Below, in pieces: positions 1-8,098 of a stretch of DNA of 30,501 bases (position 1 is the first letter of the stretch; the number at the start of each line of letters is the position of its first letter). The DNA lies in the NCBI GenBank assembly GCA_903899145.1, contig CAIUHY010000120.1, forward strand, positions 1-30,501. Direction: 5' to 3'. The DNA comes from an uncultured Actinomycetes bacterium. Its GTDB lineage: Bacteria > Actinomycetota > Actinomycetes > Nanopelagicales > Nanopelagicaceae. A program made the position numbers and the translations under genes. The notes below the pieces were generated by a model. It did not search any database, was not told where the DNA came from, and saw only the letters and a program-made list of their open reading frames with translations.

Positions 1-1
1 A

Positions 2-562
2 CGTGTAGTTGATTTCAAGAACACCGTGATCATCATGACCACAAATCTTGGAACTCGCGATATTTCAAAGAGCCTAGGCCTTGGATTCCATAACGCAGAT
101 GATGCACTTGGAAACTATGAGCGTATGAAGGCAAAGGTTGGCGATGAACTCAAGAATCATTTCCGCCCTGAATTCCTTAACCGTATTGATGAAGTTGTTG
201 TCTTCCATCAACTATCTGAAGATGAAATTATTCAAATTGTTGATCTTATGATTGCTAACTTGGACGAGCGTCTTCGTGCGAAAGATATGGGTATTGAGCT
301 CACATCGGCAGCAAAGCTACTGCTTGCAAAGCGTGGATATGACCCACTACTTGGAGCGCGTCCACTTCGTCGAACAATTCAACGTGAGATAGAAGATGTG
401 CTTTCTGAGAAGATTTTGTTTGGTGATGTAAAACCAGGTGAAATTACACTTGTTGACGTTGCTGTTGAAGGCGAAAAGGAAATCTTTACCTTCAAAGGTG
501 TCGTTAAGTCTGCGATGCCAGATACTCCTGGTGACCTAGAAAGCGCACCAACTTCTAACTAA
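2..562 (+). CDS. clpC: ATP-dependent Clp protease ATP-binding subunit ClpC, 3' part only (runs off the left edge)
   Basis: The frame is open from base 2 (RVVDFKNTVIIMTTNLG). Second AAA+ module motifs FRPEFLNRIDEVVVF and GYDP..GARPLRRTIQREIED are present. Stop TAA at 560-562. Confidence 0.93.
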   Translation, partial: RVVDFKNTVIIMTTNLGTRDISKSLGLGFHNADDALGNYERMKAKVGDELKNHFRPEFLNRIDEVVVFHQLSEDEIIQIVDLMIANLDERLRAKDMGIELTSAAKLLLAKRGYDPLLGARPLRRTIQREIEDVLSEKILFGDVKPGEITLVDVAVEGEKEIFTFKGVVKSAMPDTPGDLESAPTSN

Positions 563-1398
563 TTAGGTAATTGATAACTCTTGCCGGTTGCCTCAATAAG
601 GCCATCGGCAAGTAGTGTTTTTAGGGCTAATTCCACTTGCGTTTCATCGTGCCAGATTTTTTTAAGTGCACCTTTTGTTTGCTTTTGATTCTCTCTCAGC
701 GCCTGCACAATTACTCCGCGACATTGACGATCAGTCCCTGCCCATCCTTGAGATTTCTTTTTGATTTCAGATTCTGGATAGCCCCTTTCACGCCATGAGC
801 ACTCCTTCTTGAGTGGACATTTGTCACAGAGGGGATTACGCGCAGTACAGATGAGGGCACCTAGCTCCATTGTTGCAGCTGCCCATTTCGCACCATCATT
901 TGGAATTAATTCATAACGAAGTTTACGTTCGGTCTTACTTGGGGCTGATGTTGCAAATTGTTCGCCGTCAATTACTCGCGAAAAAAGTCTGCGGATATTT
1001 ACATCTAAAACAAGAGAGGATTCGTTATAAGCAAATGCTGCAATTGCTGCGGCCGTATAGTCACCAACTCCAGGAAGTGATTGAAGGTCTTCGATTGCCT
1101 TAGGAACTTGATTATTAAAATTCTTGCTGATTTCTCTTGCTGCTTCATATAATCGAAGAGCCCTTCGCGGATAGCCTAAACGCCCCCAAGCTTTAATAAC
1201 ATCACTTTTCTTTGCAGCTGCTAAGTCTTGAGGAGTCGGCCAACGGGTGAGCCACTCAGTCCAGATTGGTAATACCCGATTTACGGGCGTTTGTTGAAGC
1301 ATGTACTCACTCACCATGACACCCCAAGGAGTTGTATCGCGCCAAGGCAAATCACGCTTGTTTTTATCAAACCAACGAAGTACTACAGCTTGTTTCAC
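559..1398 (-). CDS. mutY: A/G-specific adenine glycosylase, short actinobacterial MutY (HhH-GPD, [4Fe-4S] motif)
   Basis: LPWR, VSEYMLQQT (catalytic Glu), W.RLGYPRRA, HhH LPGVGDYTAAAI, LDVNIRR, and C-X6-C-X2-C-X5-C (CTARNPLCDKCPLKKEC). No C-terminal NUDIX-like domain. GTG start. Confidence 0.92.
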   Translation of the reverse strand: MKQAVVLRWFDKNKRDLPWRDTTPWGVMVSEYMLQQTPVNRVLPIWTEWLTRWPTPQDLAAAKKSDVIKAWGRLGYPRRALRLYEAAREISKNFNNQVPKAIEDLQSLPGVGDYTAAAIAAFAYNESSLVLDVNIRRLFSRVIDGEQFATSAPSKTERKLRYELIPNDGAKWAAATMELGALICTARNPLCDKCPLKKECSWRERGYPESEIKKKSQGWAGTDRQCRGVIVQALRENQKQTKGALKKIWHDETQVELALKTLLADGLIEATGKSYQLPN

Positions 1399-1409
1399 GA
1401 GAATATCTT

Positions 1410-2780
1410 TTAGTTGATTTTTACTTTAGCAATCGCTTGTTCAAGACGAGCAACTTCCATAATTTCAATTCCAGTAATTTTTAGATCAGAACCTACCGGA
1501 ACTATTGCGCGCTTAAATCCAAGACGAGCGGCTTCAGCAATTCGCTGCTGCGCACCAGTTACTTTGCGAATTTCACCGGCAAGCCCAACTTCACCAATCG
1601 CAACAAGATCTGCAGGGAGTGCTAATCCTTTTGCAGCAGATGCAACAGCAAGTGCTACCGCAAGATCCGCAGAAGGCTCATTCATTTTCATTCCACCAAC
1701 TGTCGCAACGTATACATCGCGGCCAGAGAGTCTAATGTTTGCGCGAAGTTCAAGAACAGCGAGTGTCATTGCAGTTCGAGGAGTATCTAAGCCTGATGTG
1801 ACCCTACGGGAGTTTCCAAAATCGCGACCCTCGGCAACTGGAGTCCCAACAAGTGCTTGTATCTCGGCAAGTAATGGCCTACGTCCTTCTAGTGCCACGG
1901 TTACGCAGGTGCCTGGGACTGGCTCACTATGCCTAGTTGTAAATAAACCTGTGGGATCAGTCAAACTTGTTATGCCTGATTCACTCATATCAAAGCATCC
2001 AACTTCATCAGATGCTCCAAAGCGATTCTTTATCGCACGGATAAGGCGTAAGCGAGAGTGGCGCTCACCTTCAAAATTTAAAACAACGTCAACTAGATGC
2101 TCAAGTAACCTAGGGCCAGCAATTGACCCATCTTTAGTCACATGTCCAACAAGTACTAAAGTGATATTTCGGTCTTTTGCAATTCTAATAAGCGCAGCAG
2201 CAATCTCTCGAACTTGAGTTACTCCACCAGGCACACCATCGACTGCGTTACTTGAAATTGTTTGAATAGAGTCAATGATAAGCAACTCTGGTTTAACTGC
2301 GTCAATATGAGCAATGACAGAACCTAATTCATTCTCTGCTGCTAACCACAGATTTGGATCAATTGCATTTAAGCGTTCAGCTCGCAAACGAACCTGCGAG
2401 GCCGATTCCTCACCACTTATATAAAGAGCAGTCATCTTCTCTTTAGCAGATTGTGCAGCAACGGAGAGTAGAAGCGTTGATTTACCTACACCTGGTTCAC
2501 CTGCGAGAAGAATTGCCGCTCCTGGCACTAAGCCACCACCAAGTACTCGGTCTAATTCACTTACGCCACTTGAGCGTGCTTTTGCGTTCTCTAAATTTAC
2601 TTCACCGATTGGTATTGCGTTTTGCGAAACGGCCCCAGGAACGAGCGAAAGTTTCTTTGGCGCGGCAATCTCTTCAACACTTCCCCAAGCTTGGCATTCA
2701 CCACATCTGCCAACCCATTTTGTTGATGTCCATCCGCATTCAGCGCAGCGGAAAGGATCTTTAGCGGGTGCCTTGGCCAC
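1410..2780 (-). CDS. radA: DNA repair protein RadA/Sms (456 aa; start corrected to GTG at 2780)
   Basis: N-terminal C4 zinc finger CAEC-X10-CGEC, Walker A GEPGVGKS, Walker B LIIDS, KNRFG signature and Lon-like C-terminus. The 32 extra N-terminal codons in the ORF track are non-homologous and overlap the upstream gene. Confidence 0.96.
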   Translation of the reverse strand: MAKAPAKDPFRCAECGWTSTKWVGRCGECQAWGSVEEIAAPKKLSLVPGAVSQNAIPIGEVNLENAKARSSGVSELDRVLGGGLVPGAAILLAGEPGVGKSTLLLSVAAQSAKEKMTALYISGEESASQVRLRAERLNAIDPNLWLAAENELGSVIAHIDAVKPELLIIDSIQTISSNAVDGVPGGVTQVREIAAALIRIAKDRNITLVLVGHVTKDGSIAGPRLLEHLVDVVLNFEGERHSRLRLIRAIKNRFGASDEVGCFDMSESGITSLTDPTGLFTTRHSEPVPGTCVTVALEGRRPLLAEIQALVGTPVAEGRDFGNSRRVTSGLDTPRTAMTLAVLELRANIRLSGRDVYVATVGGMKMNEPSADLAVALAVASAAKGLALPADLVAIGEVGLAGEIRKVTGAQQRIAEAARLGFKRAIVPVGSDLKITGIEIMEVARLEQAIAKVKIN

Positions 2781-3591
2781 GAGCTGCAACTGTTGCTGGG
2801 TGAATTTGGAATAGTGGAAGTTCACGCTTGCGTTGTTTCTTTGCTGTTGCCGCGATTGCTTGAACACGAGCATCACAGTGCTTTACTAACTCCGCGTAAG
2901 CTTCTGGGCCCATGAGGGCAATGAGTTCATTGTTATTAGATTTATAAACAGGTTCACGTCCAACGTGAGCTTCAGTATTTGCAGTGCAGTACCAAGCAAA
3001 ATCTTTTCCTCCATCGCCCCATGCAAGTCGCTCATACTCACCAATAACGGTTACTGAAATTTCTTGATCACCAAATTCTCTTGTCTCAAAACTTCTGCGG
3101 ATTGGTAGCTGCCAGCAAACATCTGGTTTTGTTTCGACGAAATGCACTCCTTCTGTTTCTGCAAGGTGGTGTAATACACAGCCAAATGAACCTGTAAATC
3201 CAGGTGCTGCATGGCCCATTCGATTCAAGAAAATACAAGAGTCATTTACTTTACGAGTCTTGCGATCACTATCTAACCCAACTTCCGAAATCTTAAGCTT
3301 GCCGCCTTTTTTCTTTGGCTGTGCTTCATCGTAGAACTGCCACATTTCTGGCGTGAGACGAGTAGCGACTTTTTGGGTTCGTGCCTCATCTTCTTCATCT
3401 GAGTAATATGCTCCATCAGAACAACATCCTGCGTCTGGCTTATCTGCATCAATTCCACAGCATCCAGCACCATAAATACATGTCCAATATGAGGTTAGCC
3501 AGGTAAGGTCACAGCGGAAGATCTCCTCTGGTTTTGCAGGATCGGCAAATTCAACAAAGTCACGAGCGAAACCATCTTTTACCTCAGGCAT
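2761..3591 (-). CDS. Conserved actinobacterial cysteine-cluster protein (YkgJ/DUF3109-like putative Fe-S or Zn binding), 276 aa; start corrected to ATG 3591
   Basis: 11 Cys in the pattern C..C-X5-CC..CC..CIFL..GCVLH..KPDVCWQLP. Start chosen because upstream codons would overlap proC and a TAGACT -10 lies 8 nt upstream. Family link is from motif resemblance only. Confidence 0.75.
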   Translation of the reverse strand: MPEVKDGFARDFVEFADPAKPEEIFRCDLTWLTSYWTCIYGAGCCGIDADKPDAGCCSDGAYYSDEEDEARTQKVATRLTPEMWQFYDEAQPKKKGGKLKISEVGLDSDRKTRKVNDSCIFLNRMGHAAPGFTGSFGCVLHHLAETEGVHFVETKPDVCWQLPIRRSFETREFGDQEISVTVIGEYERLAWGDGGKDFAWYCTANTEAHVGREPVYKSNNNELIALMGPEAYAELVKHCDARVQAIAATAKKQRKRELPLFQIHPATVAARGQGTR

Positions 3592-3622
3592 AGTGTGAGA
3601 GTCTATTGGGTAGGCTCTGTAT
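3592..3622. promoter_or_regulatory. Back-to-back divergent -10 elements in a 31-bp intergenic region
   Basis: TAGGCT (+, 3611-3616) lies 6 nt before the proC GTG. TAGACT (-, 3605-3600) lies 8 nt before ATG 3591. No Shine-Dalgarno on either side. Confidence 0.6.
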
Positions 3623-4438
3623 GTGGCGAACTTAAAAATCCAATCTTCACGAGTCGGCATCATCGGGGTTGGCAATATGGGTGAAGCTGTACTTGCAGGA
3701 TTGATCAAGGCAGGCGTCCCTCAAGAGCTGATTTGTTTTTCCGTGCGTAGTACAGAGCGTAAAATTGAGGTTGAAAAGAAGTACCAGGTTAAGTCTGCTT
3801 CAAATATCGCCCTAGCAAAAGAGTCAGATATTTTGTTGCTTGCAGTGAAGCCACAAGGACTTGATGAATTGCTCACAGAGATTGCACCCTCCGTAAATCC
3901 AAGTGCCGTAGTTGTGTCCTTCTTGGCTGGCAAGAGAACTGTGCTTCTAGAAGCTGCCCTAAATCCTAAACAGTCAGTTATTCGAGTAATGCCAAACACT
4001 CCAATGATGTTCGGTGAAGGAATGTCAATTATCTCGGCTGGTAAAAGCGTTAAAGAAAGTGATTTAGAGTATTTACGGGAAATTTTATTAGGCTGTGGAA
4101 AGGTGATTGAAGTGAGTGAAGATTTACAAGATGCAACAGCAGCAACAAGTGGGTCTGGCCCTGCTTACTTCTTTGCATTTGTTGAGGCAATTGTAAACGG
4201 AGCTGTAAAAATGGGAATTAGTGAGAAAGTTGCTACAGAGTTAGTTACCCAAACTATTGTTGGCGCAGCAAAAATGTTAGCTGAATCTGGCAAAAGTGCA
4301 TCAACATTACGTGAGAATGTAACAAGTCCTAAAGGAATGACTGCCGAAGCACTAGCAGTATTTAATGAAGGAAAACTACAAGACTTAGTTGCACGTGCTA
4401 TGAAAGCAGCAGCAGATCGTTCGCACGAACTGGCGTGA
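3623..4438 (+). CDS. proC: Pyrroline-5-carboxylate reductase
   Basis: Rossmann motif GIIGVGNMG, LLAVKPQ, RVMPNTP, SGSGPAYFF, LRENVTSPKGMT. Confidence 0.96.
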   Translation: MANLKIQSSRVGIIGVGNMGEAVLAGLIKAGVPQELICFSVRSTERKIEVEKKYQVKSASNIALAKESDILLLAVKPQGLDELLTEIAPSVNPSAVVVSFLAGKRTVLLEAALNPKQSVIRVMPNTPMMFGEGMSIISAGKSVKESDLEYLREILLGCGKVIEVSEDLQDATAATSGSGPAYFFAFVEAIVNGAVKMGISEKVATELVTQTIVGAAKMLAESGKSASTLRENVTSPKGMTAEALAVFNEGKLQDLVARAMKAAADRSHELA

Positions 4439-5385
4439 AAAAGAACTTTATTACGGCGCTAGCTTTTTTATTGCTAGTTAATATAAATACTGCGAATGCA
4501 GTCAAAAAACCTATCGTAGTAACGACCTTGCCGATTTCTTTTGCGATCCCGTTATCTGGCGGCGATCAAATCTCAGATGTTCTAACCAACAGTTCAGGTG
4601 TCTTTCTTATTGGGACGATCGAAACATCAACTTCAACATTTGTAACTGCGCCAGCACTTGGTGGCTCTAGTGACGGATTTATATCTGCCGTGAGCTATAC
4701 AGGCCAACAGTTATGGAATCTACGCCTTGGCACTGAACTAGATGATGTGGCCACAGCAGGTTATATAGATTCACTCGGTAATATTTGGGTAGCAGGCGCA
4801 ACTGCCATACCAGCGCCACAAGTAACGTCAACACCTTTGCCACCAAATACCCTTAATCCTTCCCAAATCCAAGTAGAGCCAGTCACGCCACCAACTAGTG
4901 GCTTAAAGCGTCTTGTTATATGGGAGATTAGCCCAAGTGGATCACTCCTTAATACCTACTCGGCTGATTCAACAGATGTTCTCATCCCGAGCGCAATTAC
5001 TTTGAAACTAAAGAAGATTACGGTCACGGGAGTTAGTAATAGTTCAAGTGCAAATACATTTGAATCAATAGTAGGCACGACGGGGTTATCGCAAATTAAA
5101 TTAGCTAAGCAAAAGAATGCTCTCAACAAAGCAGTAACTCTCATGAAGAGTTCCCTTTATAGTTGGCAAAGCTTTGCAACATCGAAGGCAATCTCTGGGA
5201 TTCCTGCCTTTAAACCACATGGGAAGACATCAGTTCTTATCAAGAGTTTAACCAAAGGTGGGATGATAGGGCTTTATACATTTTCAGGTTCTTTGGTTTC
5301 TCTCAAATATCAACCAGGATTCGGATTGGTACTAGCAAATAGTGATCAGGGAACATATAACTTGCTTTTGCTTAATACAAAATAA
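4435..5385 (+). CDS. Secreted hypothetical protein with SBBP-like beta-propeller blades, Pro/Thr-rich linker and Lys-rich C-terminal half
   Basis: Sec signal MKKNFITALAFLLLVNINTANA. Blade-like DGFISAVSYTGQQLWNLRLGTELDDVATAGYIDSLGNIWVAGAT. GTGA overlap with the proC stop. Confidence 0.7.
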   Translation: MKKNFITALAFLLLVNINTANAVKKPIVVTTLPISFAIPLSGGDQISDVLTNSSGVFLIGTIETSTSTFVTAPALGGSSDGFISAVSYTGQQLWNLRLGTELDDVATAGYIDSLGNIWVAGATAIPAPQVTSTPLPPNTLNPSQIQVEPVTPPTSGLKRLVIWEISPSGSLLNTYSADSTDVLIPSAITLKLKKITVTGVSNSSSANTFESIVGTTGLSQIKLAKQKNALNKAVTLMKSSLYSWQSFATSKAISGIPAFKPHGKTSVLIKSLTKGGMIGLYTFSGSLVSLKYQPGFGLVLANSDQGTYNLLLLNTK

Positions 5386-5387
5386 TT

Positions 5388-7766
5388 TTATTTAAGCTTG
5401 TAAGCAATCAACTTTCCATTAATTCCAGCAAGAGCATACTTAATCCCACCTAAGTTAATCCATTCAACTTTACCTGAGTTGGAAACATTTGATGCTGTTA
5501 CAAGTGAAACTATTCTGCTCGTAGTATTTAGGCTACATAGTCTTGCCTGACAGTTAAAAAGAATATTTTTTCCATCGGTTTGCATTGGCGCGGCAGGTGT
5601 TCCAAATATTCCAGAACTAACTTGATTTACTTTAGCGGGACTAGCTACATCTACGTAGCGAATGCTATCGGCGTCTGGAAGTGATATACCAGTTGATGCC
5701 ATCCAACTTGCCTTGATATGTCCAGCAAGATTAACAAGTCCTACGTCATATCCGGCGATAACTACACCACTAGAATATGAATCTAGTGTGGAGTAGGCCC
5801 AGTCTTCAGGTAAAGCACTTCCACGGGTTGCTAAACGAACTGCTTCTTGGACTGGTTGCTTTTGTTGGTTAATTTGCAAAACAGAGTCGTAAATTAAATA
5901 AATATCTGAATCGATATTGAGAGCCCGCATATGGAATCCAACATCACCTGTTGTACGACCATCAGCAGCGCGGTCTCCATCAACTAATTCGTATTGCCAA
6001 ATTCCTGAAGATTGAACTGCTCCCAAAATAATTCCCTGGCTTTGGTCACGATAAAAAACTTGCAGACCATCAGGTGTATCAACGCAAGCACTCGCCCCAC
6101 TTACATCACTTGACGTGCGGACACGGCTAATATCTTTATAGTCATTGATAATTGGGCCATTGCCATCAACAATGCTGTATTTCCATTTTTTCCCGTTATA
6201 TCCCGCATAACGAAGCCATTTCTTTGTTACATCACCGTAGAAGACATCTAAGCGCTGAGTTTTGCCCGGTGCTGAAGTGCAAACAGAGATATAACCAGAT
6301 ACGTCATCGGTAGTTCTTCCAGATGTATCTGAGTTCCCATCGATGATTTGTTTGCTCCATTTACCTGCGCTCCACGTCGCAAGTGTTATGTTCCCGACTT
6401 TAGAGTTGCTGTAAATAACTGCAGGTTTTCCTTGAAATGTTGTTGTTGCTAGATATTTTGCATCAGCTGCGGGGTCTATAGCAGTAGAAACCCAGCCTTG
6501 TTGTGGGGTAATTGAGTTACTTTTTGTCCCTGACGATGTACCAGATTGATTTGCCGCGGTAACAGTAAATGTGTATGAAACACCATTTTTTAATCCTGTG
6601 GCTTTTATAGGACTGTTAGTACCTGTAAAAATACTTGAACTGCCATCAACTTTTACAGTGTAAGAATCAACAGGTGAGGTTCGAGCATTATCTGGTGGGT
6701 CAAAATTAATAATTGCATATTTATCACCAACGAGCGCCCGAACATTACGAGGTTGGTTAGGTAGCCCTGCAGGTTTACCTCCGGGCGGTTTTGTCATCAT
6801 ATCTTGGAGCATCCCAAGCACAATCGGCCCCGGACTTCGAAAGACTGCTCCTGGTGGCCAACTTGGGGTCATGAGAGCATTGGGCCCAGAGTTTTGAAAT
6901 ATTACTTGGTCTAAATGGCTTACTGAAGAACCAGGCTGGTATGGATTTGGAGTAAACAGAACAGGCTTCATACTATTATTTGCCGCAATTCCAATCGGAC
7001 CATTCCATACTAAAGTATTTTGAAATGCTTGCCCAAGTTGTGTTGAGGGTGAAGGTAAATCCATTAAGCGACTTCCATCGGGTGTTATTGAAAATGCGTC
7101 AAATGGTGTTGGGCGATTTAGCTGTCCAATCCCAGTCTCTGGGTAGTAAACGTCGTTAGAGATAAAACCTAACCCATGTGCAAACTCATGAAGAATTATG
7201 GACTCAAGATCATATTGATTAGGTGGACACTTACCATCTGTACCAAGATAGAAAAGATTCTGCATCGCAGCATTAATATTGATTCTAATTTCAGGGCTTG
7301 TTGGATCTAAATCTTTACCAGAAAGGGCATTTGCCATTGCAGATGAATACCAAACAGTTTGATCTGGGGCACCTGGGAAATTATTAAAATAATTAACCGC
7401 GCTAGCAGAAGCTAACACGCCGGCAGACGTTTCAACCTGCGAAGATGCTGTTACGTTTACAGGTGTTGATGAACTCCAGTTATCTGACCAAATGTTGATT
7501 GCCGCTTGAATCGGAATTTGTTCTTCTGCAGGAACATTTTGAAAGCTGACATTAATTGTACTTGCAGTATTTAAATGAGATGTGTTTGAGGTTGGGGTGG
7601 AGGTAGACCCTATTTTGCTTGCTACCCCTGGGGCAGCATATGTATAGGACCATCCTGCCGAGATTTCTTTAACTGTGGTTGCTGTAGCCGATGAAACAGG
7701 AAGCGCAAGGCTGATAATGAGAGTTGCCGACACCAGGAGTGATGTACTGATATTCCTAGCCCGCAT
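5388..7766 (-). CDS. Secreted multidomain protein: zinc metalloprotease (metzincin, leishmanolysin-like) + fibronectin type III + C-terminal beta-propeller repeats
   Basis: Signal peptide. HEFAHGLGF (H193/E194/H197, nt 7190-7176), SSVSHLD (H284) and ALMTP Met-turn (M299). Fn3 pattern PNQPRNVRA...GLKNGVSYTFTVTAANQSG. Five W-x5/6-D(G) repeats at residues 425, 470, 528, 590 and 656. Confidence 0.8.
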   Translation of the reverse strand: MRARNISTSLLVSATLIISLALPVSSATATTVKEISAGWSYTYAAPGVASKIGSTSTPTSNTSHLNTASTINVSFQNVPAEEQIPIQAAINIWSDNWSSSTPVNVTASSQVETSAGVLASASAVNYFNNFPGAPDQTVWYSSAMANALSGKDLDPTSPEIRININAAMQNLFYLGTDGKCPPNQYDLESIILHEFAHGLGFISNDVYYPETGIGQLNRPTPFDAFSITPDGSRLMDLPSPSTQLGQAFQNTLVWNGPIGIAANNSMKPVLFTPNPYQPGSSVSHLDQVIFQNSGPNALMTPSWPPGAVFRSPGPIVLGMLQDMMTKPPGGKPAGLPNQPRNVRALVGDKYAIINFDPPDNARTSPVDSYTVKVDGSSSIFTGTNSPIKATGLKNGVSYTFTVTAANQSGTSSGTKSNSITPQQGWVSTAIDPAADAKYLATTTFQGKPAVIYSNSKVGNITLATWSAGKWSKQIIDGNSDTSGRTTDDVSGYISVCTSAPGKTQRLDVFYGDVTKKWLRYAGYNGKKWKYSIVDGNGPIINDYKDISRVRTSSDVSGASACVDTPDGLQVFYRDQSQGIILGAVQSSGIWQYELVDGDRAADGRTTGDVGFHMRALNIDSDIYLIYDSVLQINQQKQPVQEAVRLATRGSALPEDWAYSTLDSYSSGVVIAGYDVGLVNLAGHIKASWMASTGISLPDADSIRYVDVASPAKVNQVSSGIFGTPAAPMQTDGKNILFNCQARLCSLNTTSRIVSLVTASNVSNSGKVEWINLGGIKYALAGINGKLIAYKLK

Positions 7767-7774
7767 AGTGAAAA

Positions 7775-7780
7775 ATCTTA
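7775..7780 (-). promoter_or_regulatory. Putative -10 (TAAGAT) for the 792-aa gene
   Basis: TANNNT 8 nt upstream of ATG 7766, with no SD. Confidence 0.45.
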
Positions 7781-7858
7781 CTGTGCAAATGGGGTAGTAA
7801 ATGCTTGTACTCTAATTTCACAGCAAATACATAGATTAATTGCAAATGGAGGGTAGAT

Positions 7859-8098
7859 ATGGTCACTGTTCAGGTCTATTCAAGGCATGGCTGCCACCTA
7901 TGTGAAGCTGCTATCAGAACTTTAGAAGTACTCCAAGAAGAACTTGTATTTGATATTGATGAAATATTTATAGACACAAATCAGGAGCTTGAAGATAAGT
8001 ATGGCGAACAAGTTCCGGTTATTTTAATTAATGGAGTTTCACACGATTTTTTCAAAGTAGATCCAGAGAGATTTAAAAAAGTATTTACTACTCTTTAG
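7859..8098 (+). CDS. Glutaredoxin-like protein (DUF836/Rv0508-like)
   Basis: CHLC redox motif (YSRHGCHLC), cis-Pro motif QVPVILING, 79 aa. SD GGAGG at 7848-7852. Confidence 0.88.
   Translation: MVTVQVYSRHGCHLCEAAIRTLEVLQEELVFDIDEIFIDTNQELEDKYGEQVPVILINGVSHDFFKVDPERFKKVFTTL

Noticed and set aside
1414-2217. 267-aa plus-strand ORF
   Set aside because: Lies fully antisense to radA, has Ser/Ala/Arg-biased shadow composition and no motifs.
2781-2876. N-terminal extension of radA in the ORF track
   Set aside because: Non-homologous and overlaps the upstream CDS in another frame. The GTG at 2780 gives a canonical RadA start.
4312-4344. ProC motif reads SPKGMT instead of the common SPGGTT
   Set aside because: The Ser, Pro, Gly and final Thr are kept, and the varied positions differ among known ProC/PYCR enzymes.
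7782-7823. Possible Rex operator half-sites (TGTGCAAAT ... ATTTCACA) near the glutaredoxin gene
   Set aside because: The half-sites are about 25 bp apart rather than adjacent around a short spacer, and no rex gene is in the window.
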